This document shows positions 37,364 through 47,272 of a stretch of DNA of 64,000 nucleotides, in pieces. The notes below the pieces were generated by a model. It did no database searches. It saw only the letters and a program-made list of their open reading frames with translations, and had not been told where the DNA came from. Origin of the DNA: Anthoceros angustus (taxonomy: Eukaryota; Plantae; Anthocerotophyta); the NCBI GenBank assembly GCA_010909165.1, contig VJWM01000239.1, positions 124,001 through 188,000 on the forward strand, given 5' to 3'. A program made the translations under genes and the position numbers. Each line of letters starts with the position of its first letter. Within the stretch, counting starts at the first letter, position 1.

Positions 37364-39319
37364 CCTTGGAGCAAGTGCATGAAGAGGCGGAGAAGAAGGA
37401 GATCGCCACCTCGGTGTTCTCCTCCAAGCATGCCAAGTCCTTCCATCACTACCAGTCCATGTTCACCAACAAGGGGTCAACCACGCATGGGGAGCTTCCT
37501 CAAGGGCAGGGCCAGCTAAGCCAAGGCAGGGGCAGCAGCTACTAGCAGCAGCAGCACTGCGGCATTTTATGCAATTACTGTGGCAGTCCAGAGCACTTGT
37601 CCACTGCATGCAAGTGTCCATCGGAGGGTTTGTTCTGCACTCACTGCCAGAAGAACGGCCATGTTGTCACGGTCTGCTTCCAGAAACATCCGGAGAGGCG
37701 GTATCAGAAGGCAAAGGCAGAGGTTGGTGGGACAGCAGTGGCACCTACAGCTGCTGCAGCTGGAACAGCAGGGCCTTCACAGACAACACAAGTGACAAGG
37801 CCAAGGCCAAGAATACTGCCAATGCTGAGAAGGTCGCAACCTTGGAGGCTGGCAGCATTGGCCACGGTGGCCAATCTCTAGTGCTGAAGGAGCCAAACCT
37901 GCAGCAGTAGAACTTGTTGCAGTACCTGAAGGAGAGGACTACGGCCTGCCACATCAGGTCTGCACAGCGGATAAGGCACCAAGTGACAGCCAAGAGGGAC
38001 GTGTTGTGATGCCGACCAGCTGGGTGGGGCATGTGCTCCCAAATACCACGCTGGACATTACATCAGCAGCTACTGGACCTGTCACTAGGCAACGAGGGGC
38101 GAGGCAGTGATGCCTCAATCCTATGTGCCATTGCCGCCAGGTTCTGCCATTCCGATCAGGGGCAGAGCCATTCTTCATCCAGGTCAGAGCCAAGTGGATC
38201 AGCCCCTCAAAGGGGCAGGGCATATCACGTGCGGAAAAATTGTACTTGCTTCCACAGGCTGTCACTGCTGAACAGGTGGCTAAGAGGCTCACGGAGATCC
38301 CACTCTTCACTCTCCAGGAGCTTGGAGTTACACCCAGCCTGCAGCAAATGATGCAGACACTAGAAGTTGTGGCCACATGCAATGAGCCCGATCCTGTGGT
38401 TGCTCATGCCCGATTGTGGGAACTCCCACCAGACAGATCGTCACGCTGTGACAGCAGCCTTCAGCCCATGGAGCAGCCACGAATGCATTCCGGCTTGCTG
38501 GAAGGAGTCTGCAGTGTACAGGTGGCAGGCCAAGTTGGTGACAGACCACGAGTGCAGCCCACCAACAGGCTCAACACCGGGTTAGCAACGCTGTTGTTGA
38601 TAATCGAGCAGGGCACGTGACAGTGAATGGTTACGCACCAGGGTGGTGCTGCTTGACACAGGTGCACAGCCAGTCATAATCGGCAAGGTGCTGGCAGCCA
38701 GGTTGCATCTGAAGGGTGATGCTCTTCGCATCACCCTGGAACATCAGGACTGCTTCCAGGGCAATTGAGCCAGTGTGTGGGGAAACCATCCGACCGTGGA
38801 TATTACCCTTAACCGGCACGCCAGATGAGATGACCTTGTCATTGCCCTGTCTTGTGACCAGCCACCAACTCGATGTCTTGTTGGGTCAAGAATTTTGTAC
38901 CCACCAGGCATTGGCGTGGACAACTGGACGGAACAAGCCTTTACAGGCCTGATTGGAGACAAGGGGGCTCCGTGTGGCGCATCTGCCACTGGACCTTCAT
39001 GGTAAAACAGTTGCTGATGTGGCCTCGCTTGGCCTGCCAAATGGTTTGTGACATTCAGTCTTGCAACCTTGGCGAGCTAGTGAGGACACTGCCCATGTAG
39101 AACGGCAGCTGGAGTCTGCAGCTGATGAGGACTCACCTGGCAGTGGCAGCACTTTGTCTCAAGCCATGGCTCATCCAGACTACCCTGCTGAGGTGGCGCA
39201 CGTTTGCAGAATGCCAAGGCTCAATTGCAAGCGTGTCCAGAGCCTTGTGGCTACAGGGTTGGCGCATCCCCACAGGACAAGCTGCTGAACTGCACTGTGA
39301 TCACGTGGGCACCTCTCAG

Positions 39320-40240
39320 CCTGAACTAACGGTGGTAGAGCTATTTGGGGTATCTGCACTGGCTGGAGGCTTTGCTATTGACGGCTCACTATCCCGGCGC
39401 TATTGTGACAAGGACCCAATAGCCAGGGACATTGCAGCCTTCAGACTGCTTGGGCTGCAACAGCGCTTTCCAGCAACTACCCCAGAGGCCACTCACAGCG
39501 TTTTACGGCCTGGCCACAGGATGTGCAGTACATCCAACAGGCCCACATCCATGCTTTGGGACCTGTGGACATGGTCATCGCTGGCTGGGAATGCCAGGGG
39601 TTTTCCAGGGCAGGCCGTGGCCAAGGCTTAGAAGATGCACGTTCAGGCCTCTTTCGGGACTTGCACCAGGTGCTCGCATGGGCTCAGCAAGATAATCCAC
39701 GCTGTGCTTATCTCTTGGAAAACACACCTGCCCAGCTGGACTCACGCCCACATGTGCAACAGGACATGGTGATTGTGCAGCATTATGTGGGCTCCCATTC
39801 CTTATGGATGCTGCCCAGGTGGGTAGCTATGCCCACAGGCTACAATTATTGGACAAACCTTGTCCCTCTTTCGTTCGAGCTAGCCTTACGTGGCACCACC
39901 AGGGATCCCCACTTGCAGCTGCAGCTGGTCTTGGAACCACATCATCAGCCCAAGCCAGTCACTGCTAGTGAGCGTGCACCTTGGTTCCCTACCAATGTGC
40001 CAGGGCAGCCGAGACAGCGTTGCCCACGCTCGTGAGTTTTCCAGGCTCTTTTGCATACAGAGCTCAAGGCAATGGCATGCTCCTTAACACTACCACTCAG
40101 CAATGGGAGGAACCTGGAGTAGAGGCGAGGCGCCTGATGGGTTTCAAACAGGCTCTACAGCAGCACCTCAAGTCACTCGACCCCAGTGCTGCAGCCATAG
40201 GCAGAGCCATGGACCTTCACGCCATTACTTGGCTGGTCAG
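39320..40240 (+). CDS. DNMT3-like C5 cytosine methyltransferase domain (copy 2)
   Basis: Same motifs as copy 1: VVELFG, GPVDMVIAGWECQGFSRAG (Cys codon 39592-39594), YLLENT, NYWTNL, RRLMGF, IGRAMDL. Confidence 0.88.
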
Positions 40241-42229
40241 CCTCTGCCTCGCCTTTCAATTGCACGCCAAGTTTGCAGCTGTAGCCCTTCCTAGCTTGCT
40301 GGCCAGTATGTGCCCAGCAGATGCTGTCCATTTTCCTTTCCTGGCTACACTCACCTACCCTTTTGGCCAGATGCTGGGGGTGGAGCAGCCTACATGGGGA
40401 AACAGGTCTGCTTTTTCCGCATCTGACCACAAGGGAAGTGAGCATGGAGCATCAACAAAGGTCACAGCTGATAATTTCCCTTGGAAGATGGGGATGAGCT
40501 CACAGACCTGCAGAAGCAGAGGATTCACGTGCTACTGCTGAAGTATCGAGACTGCTTCGCCTTCTCAATGAAGGAGCTGAAGAGGTGTAATGTGTTGACC
40601 TTTAGGATCAACCTTACCACCTCGAGCCCATCTACAGGAGAAGGTACCGCTCAGCAAGACAGAATGGGACATGGTGGACGCCCGCTGCAGGGAATTGCTG
40701 GAAGCAGGGTTGATCAGGCCCTCCAGCAGTGACTATGCTGCTGCCACCGTGATGCCGCCAAGAAGGACAGCCAAGGGCTGTGGACTGAGAAGAGGATGCG
40801 GGACTATCGTCCCATAAATGTAGCAACAACAGGCACAGGATCACCGATGCGACCCTGAAGAAATTTTTGACCGCATTGGGCAGTCAGTCTTCTTCTCCAC
40901 ACTTGACCTACGCCAAGGATTCAACCAGGTGCCGGTTGCTGAGGAGGACATCAAGAAGACTGCCTTCCATGGATCTCAGCAGCTGTGGGAGTGGCTGGTG
41001 ATGCCTTTTGGATTTAAAATGCACCAGTCACCTTCCAGAGGATAATGGATCTTGTGCTGGCAGGTGCAGCATATTTGATGTGCTACATTGGCGATGTCCT
41101 TGTGCACAGCGAGGATTTTGAGCAGCACTTGGCACATCTAGAGGATCTGTTCCTTAGGTTGCGGAAGGCTGAGCTCACGTGCCACCCCTCAAATGTGAGT
41201 TTGGGATGAGCACTGTAGCATACTTGGGACACAAGATCGTGCCCAATGGAGTCATGCCTCATGCAGCCAAGATCCAGGCCATTCAGCGGGTGAAGGAGCC
41301 CACCAATGTGTCAGCACTACGGGCATTTCTAGGATTGTGCAACTATTACAGGGTGTACATCCAGAATTTCAGCAGGATTGCTAAACCGCTGAACAACCTA
41401 TTGCGCAAGGACGTGGAGTGGCTGTGGGATGAGCATGCTCAACAGTCTTTTGACACCTTGAAAGAAAGCGGCTCAGCACATCACCCATTATGGCTCGTCC
41501 CAATTTTGACAAGCCGTTTGTGCTTCATACAGACTGGAGTAGTCTGGGGCTGGGTGCTGTACTTGCGCAAGAGGATGAGCAGGGAAGGAACGTGTGATTG
41601 CCTTTGCCTCACGCAGCAACAACCGTGCTGAGGCCAATTACAGCAGCTATGAGGGCGAATGCCTCGCCGCTGTTTGGGCAGTCTGCCACTTCAGACCTTA
41701 CCTCTATGGGCAGCAGTTTACCCTTGTCACTGACCATCAACCCTTGAAGTGGCTGATGACAAACACAAAGCTCAGCGGAAACTTGCTCGCTGGGCCATGA
41801 TTTTGCAGGATTACAACTTCCATGTGGAGCACAGGCCGGGGTGTCACATCAGAATGCGGACACCCTCTCCAGGAATCCGGATAGCAGCTGTAGGGATGCC
41901 ACGGAGGCTAGGCAGGATGAGGATGATCAGCCACGAGGACAGGCAGATTTTGCTGTAGCTGCCTTGGTGGCCATGACATGCCTTGGACAGCTTGAGGTTG
42001 CAGCAGCTCAACATGTCCCCAAGGACATATGGGAGGACGTGCATACAATTCAGTTTGTGCAAACTGGCCAGCTAGGTGAAGATTGGACAGCAGCAGAATG
42101 TGGAGCGTGCAGCAACGTGCTGCTGCCTACTACTGGAGAGATGGGTACCTCATCCGGAGGCGGGCCCATGGTGTGGAGCAGCTGGTTCCACCTCCCGGAG
42201 ATCGTGCTGATCTCATTCAAGAGTACATG

Positions 42230-43030
42230 ATGACATGGGGCATTTTGGAGTCAAGAGGACCTACAGCTTGCTGGCCCCTCACTTCCACTGGTTTGGCATG
42301 CATGCACAAGTCCGGGAATGTCTTGCTGTGAGCCATGTGACCGCGTCAAAACATCCTTCACTATGCAGCACCCAGAGCTGCACCACTCCCCATCATGGGG
42401 CTCTTCTTCAGGTGGTCCTGCGACCTCATAGGAGGCTGCCCAAGACACCAAGGGGTAGCGTGTACATCTTGGTGATGATAGAGCACTTTAGCAAGTGGGT
42501 GGAGGCCGTGGCGTTGCCTGACAAGTCATCCAGGAGCACGTCACAGGCTTTCTTGCAAGCGTGCTGAGCCGCTTTGGCAGTTCGGTGTCTCACCGACCAA
42601 GGTTCAGAATTCGAGGGAATTCCAAGACCTGTTGGATGTGGCACTAATTGACCACAGGAGGACCAGCAGGGACCACCCTCAGGCCGACGGGTTGGCTGAG
42701 AGGATGGTTCAAACCATCAAAAGGGCCTCAAAGCTCCTGCAGCAGCGAAGGGGATTGGGACATCATGCTGCCTTATATATTGATGGGGTACCGAATGAGC
42801 CGGCACGCTTCCTAGCTCATTTCTCACCCTATTTCCTTCTTTTGGCAGGAGCCTGTTCCACCTAGCTCCATCGCTAAACAGATGCAGGCCGTGGTCTCTG
42901 GATGATCCAGCCACTTGGGCTAGGATGATAGGTGACAGGGCTGCCCTTTTCCGTCGAGTGATGCCGATGGCTATGGAAAATTTGCACATTGCACAGCATC
43001 GGGACACACTAAAGGTACGCCCACACTGCA
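42230..43030 (+). CDS. DDE retroviral-type integrase domain (frameshifted)
   Basis: HHCC remnant GHFGVKRT...C; core WSCD / TDQGSEF / GLAERM; FSPYFLLFGR. Confidence 0.88.
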
Positions 43031-43271
43031 GCGCTTCAGCCCAAGCTTAAGAAATTCCAGGCTGGGGATTTGTATCTTCAACGCCAAAGCTGACGACACT
43101 CTTGAGACTTCCAGCAGCAGACATGTGCTTAGGATCAGGAGGTCAAGTCCAATGGAGTGTTGGTGCTGCAGGGATCTGATGGCAGGGTCATTTCTGATCA
43201 CACCAAAATTGTGCCCGTGCCATCTCCCTAACCTTGACCCCACCATTGTAACAGCTGATTGGATCCCGGAT

Positions 43272-43428
43272 TACCCATGCCAGATCTGCAGCCGCACGGA
43301 TGACGCCGAGCTCATGCTGCTGTGATGGATGCAATGGGGGTTCCACCTTTTCTTGCAGCCACCTTTGGCTGAGGTTCGAGCAACTTTGGTATTGTTCAAA
43401 GTGTGCTGAAACTGCTACTCAGGTGTGA
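43272..43428 (+). CDS. C-terminal PHD finger (C4HC3) of gypsy pol
   Basis: CQICSRTDDAELMLL(C)DGCNGGFHLF..QPPLAEV...WYCSKC, reconstructed across small indels. Confidence 0.82.
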
Positions 43429-43693
43429 CTGTTTCAATTCGTTTTCAGTTGTGAAGATGGATGTGATTGCATTGCAAGGTTTCATGGCTGCTAGTCACAA
43501 TTGGGTTCATGTGGCATCTGCCATTCTACGTGTGACAGGTGCTATGGCCCCATAGCGTTGCAATCGCTTGAGCATGGCTGTGATGCTGATGCTGTTTGGG
43601 GTTTCCTTATTCTTTCCTTCCAGGTGCTGGATAATTCCAGTTCTCCTTCTTTGCCATGCTGCCTTTCTTCTAGCCCGTCCATCATCTGGGGGG

Positions 43694-44463
43694 TGTGGCA
43701 TGAATTTCCTTTTGCCCTGTTTTCTTGTTGCAGCTGAAGGTCGGGCCGGACTGGGCGCGGATGCACGTACCTTGTGTGGGTGATGCACCCATACGACCTG
43801 TCGTGGCACCAGACTTGTTTACAAGAATATATATAGTAGCCTAGAGGTAGGCTGGCTATATATGTGATTTTGGCCATTAGAAATAGCTATTAATTAGCTT
43901 ACCCCATATGAAGCTATTTAACTGACATTATCAGGATAGGTTATTAGGCCATTTAGGTCATTTCTAGAACCAGGGCTGCAAACCCGGCGGGTGGCTCGTG
44001 GGCTACATCATGAGCCCGCTGCTGCAACGGCCAAAGGATCACGCGAGGTGGTGGCCTCATCACACCGAGAGGAGGTGCTTGCTCATGATGGCGGCCAAGA
44101 CCTCAAGACTGGCGATGGCAGCTGCAACAACCAGTTGTCGAAGTCCGTGGAAAGGGAATGTTGCTGAGACTCACGCATAAAACCGCGGTGTTGCTGGATT
44201 CTGATTGGAATGCAAGGTTTTGGTGTGCATGTGGCTCGGAGCGATTGCAATGATGTGTGGGTGCAGGTCACTGGTTACCAACTCCGACGGCAGGTGTAGG
44301 AAAGCCCTTTTTGAGATTTGCACGAGGTGCGCCACAAAGACGTGGCGCTGGCTTATACAATTGTGGCATGGATGTAATTTGCCCCTGCTTTCTTGTTGCG
44401 TACCAAGGTCCGACTGGAGCGCCGGATGCACGTACCTTGTGTGAATAGTGATGCACGACGACA
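43694..44463 (+). repeat. 3' split repeats: B1 (43694-43798), A2 (43799-~44358), B2 (44362-44463)
   Basis: B begins TGTGGCATG and contains GGATGCACGTACCTTGTGTG; it flanks A2 on both sides. A G6 tract (43688-43693, PPT-like) precedes B1. Confidence 0.8.
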
Positions 44464-45330
44464 CCAAGAATCTCACATCATCTTGAAGATCCCATTCAGA
44501 GGAACAATATTCCATTTTTCATCCTACCCGCTTGCCTTCAACTTTTCCAAAAGCTCATGCTCGATCCCGATCACCGATTATCGAACAATTGAGTACTTGC
44601 CATACAGTTGAATAATACGTTAGCCATATTTGTGGGTCTTCAAGTATTCTCGCAATGTATTTCAATTCACAAGAGCGCAAGTGTACTTTACTTTTCACAA
44701 GGCATATATTTTATTATTTATCGACCTCTTCTCACAAAACATGTATCGAGAAAGGGTCTCCCAATTTGCATTTCCTCTACCTACCCTAGTCAATTTTTCC
44801 CACCTTCCATTCGCTATCGCCTTCCACACAACCACATGTTGTGCTCATAGAATGATAAGCTCTATCCAATTTATACTACTAACTGCTTCCAGCAATAAGT
44901 CCAAGATGTAAGCCGAACAAGGAGTCCACACAATACTAGGATATTAAACTTAAATGATCTCACCAGCATGCTTGCAAATTTTTTTTGTCTAGCAAATTCA
45001 AATATTTTATAGATATTTGAAAGTAAACATCACGGTCCGTATTTGAATTTTTGATCTAAAGTAATCCCGTAAGACGCTAACAAAGGGCGCTTTCTTCTGT
45101 CACTCCAACCATCACTCAAGATCGAGCATGCAGTTGACCATGAAGCTTTGACGATTTCCAACTTTTTATGGATGGAGGCCTTTTCCTCATTAAGCAAAGT
45201 GGTTCTCAAAGCATCAAAACTAGGGGGCTTACATGAGTGACCCATGTCATTAGAAAAAGGAATGGTACTACGTTGAATATATACATAAAAACACATGGCT
45301 GCAACTGCATCTATAAGCTTCCTCCTCAAC
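44464..45330 (-). mobile_element. hAT-type (DUF659-like) transposase remnant
   Basis: Minus strand AMCFYVY..., KPPSFDALRTTLLNEEK, CSILSDGWSDRRKRPL, IVWTPCSAYILDLLLE. Confidence 0.75.
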
Positions 45331-46253
45331 AACTCTCATGCCTTCTCCATGGTTGTTGTGGCGCGACTTTCGCTGACGGCTAGCCGGGCGCGCACAATCC
45401 CGTGTCGTTGTAGCAAGGGGTCCGTTCCCAAGAGAATGATAGGCTCCGTTGTGCGTTTCAACGATTCTCCACCTCAGCGTGTGGCATGGACAGAATTTCC
45501 TTGCCCTGTTTTTTTGTTGCAGCTGAAGGTCGGGGACTGGAGCGCGGATGCACGTACCTTGTGTGTGCCCAGTGGTGATGCACGCGACGTCGTGGCACCA
45601 GACTTGTTTTACAAGAATATATATAGTAGCCTAGAGGTAGGCTGGCTATATATGTGATTTTAGCCATTAGGAAATAGCTATTAATTAGCTTACCCCATAT
45701 GAAGCTATTTAACTGACATTATCAGGATAGGTTATTAGGCCATTTAGGTCATTTCTAGAACCAGGGCTGCAAACCCGGCGGGTGGCTCGTGGGCTACATC
45801 ATGAAGCCCGCTGCTGCAACGGCCAAAGGATCACGCGGTGGTGGCCTCATCACACCGAGAGGAGGTGCTCATGATGGCGGCCAAGACCTCAAGACTGGCG
45901 ATGGCAGCAACAACCAGTTGTCAAGTCCGTGGAAAGGGAATGTTGCTGAGACTCACGCATAAACCGCGGTGTTGCTGGATTCTGATTGGAATGCAAGGTT
46001 TTGGTGTGCATGTGGCTCGAGCGATTGCAATGTGTGTGTGCTGCAGCAGTCACGGATTTACCAACTCCGAGCACCCGTGGGGCAGCGCCTTTGATTCAGA
46101 TTTGCACCGAGGTGCGCCACAAAGCAACGTGGCCTTCTTGGCTGTCCGGGTTGTATGGCATGGATGCTTTGCCCCTGCTTTCTTGTTGCGGTGAAGGTCG
46201 GGCCGGATGGGCGCGGATGCACGGCTGTGTACTAGCTTGATGCACGCACGACA

Positions 46254-47120
46254 CCAAGAATCTCCACATCATCTTGAAGATCCCACTGTTCAGGAGGAAC
46301 AATATTCCATTTTTCATCCTACCCGCTTCTTGCCTTCAACTTTTCCAAAAGCTCATGCTCGATCCCGATCACCAGTGTCGAACAATTCAGTAGCATCGCC
46401 CACAGGTTGAATAATACGTTAGCCATATTTGTGGGTCTTCCAAGTATTCTCGCAATGTATTTCAATTCACAAGAGCGCAAGTGTACTTTGCTTTTCACAA
46501 GGCTGTATATTTTATTATTTATCGACCTCTTCTCACAAAACATGTATCGAGAAAGGGTCTCCCAATTTGCATTTCCTCTACCCTACCCTAGCTGACCCTT
46601 TTCCCACCTTCCATTCGCTATCGCCTTCCACACAACCACATGTTGTGCTCATAGAATGATAAGCTCTATCCAATTTATACTACTAACTGCTTCCAGCAAT
46701 AAGTCCAAGATGTAAGCCGAACAAGGAGTCCACACAATACTAGGATATTAAACTTAAATGATCTCACCAGCATGCTTGCAAATTTTTTTTGTCTAGCAAA
46801 TTCAAATATTTTATAGATATTTGAAAGTAAACATCACTGTCCGTATTTGAATTTTTGATCTAAAGTAATCCCTTAAGACGCTAACAAGGGCGCTTCTCAT
46901 TACCCAACCATCACTCAAGATCGAGCATGCATTGACCATGAAGCTTTGACGATTTCCAACTTTTATGGATGGAGGCCTTTTCCTCATTAAGCAAAGTGGT
47001 TCTCAAAGCATCAAAACTAGGGGGCTTACATGAGTGACCCATGTCATTAGAAAAAGGAATGGTACTACGCTGAATATATACATAAAAACACATGGCTGCA
47101 ATCGCGCATACATAAGCTTC
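46254..47120 (-). mobile_element. hAT-type transposase remnant (duplicate)
   Basis: Duplicate of 44464-45330. Confidence 0.72.
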
Positions 47121-47272
47121 CTCCTCAACAACTCTCATGCCTTCTCCATGGTTGTTGTGGCGCGACTTCGGCGGCTGGCAGGCGCGCCACAATCCCGTAT
47201 CGTTGTAGCAGGGGTCCGTTCCCAAGAGAATGATAGGCTCGGTTGGCGTTTTCAGCGATTCTCACCTCAGCG

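Larger units (their letters stand above)
37364..44463 (+). mobile_element. DNMT-gypsy retrotransposon, copy 2 (mid-gag-PR-DNMT-RT-RNase H-integrase-PHD-3' repeats B1-A2-B2)
   Basis: Near-identical to 25394-29912 over ~4.5 kb. It then continues into integrase (GHFGVKRT, WSCD, IEHFSKWVEA, TDQGSEF, HPQADGLAERMVQTIK), a PHD finger and the terminal repeats, ending in CGACA. Confidence 0.92.
43694..47272. repeat. ~1.79-kb tandem duplication of [B1-A2-B2 + hAT flank]
   Basis: 43694-45480 and 45480-47272 share the same element/flank junction (CGACA|CCAAGAATCTC) and the same flank. Confidence 0.88.

Noticed and set aside
24400-43430. Programmed ribosomal frameshifting in the gypsy ORFs
   Set aside because: Indels are numerous, often in homopolymers, and many differ between the two copies; sequencing error or decay explains them better.
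23108-44463. DIRS/Ngaro tyrosine-recombinase element, suggested by the split repeats
   Set aside because: A protease and a DDE integrase are present, and I found no tyrosine-recombinase motif set (R..HxxR..Y).
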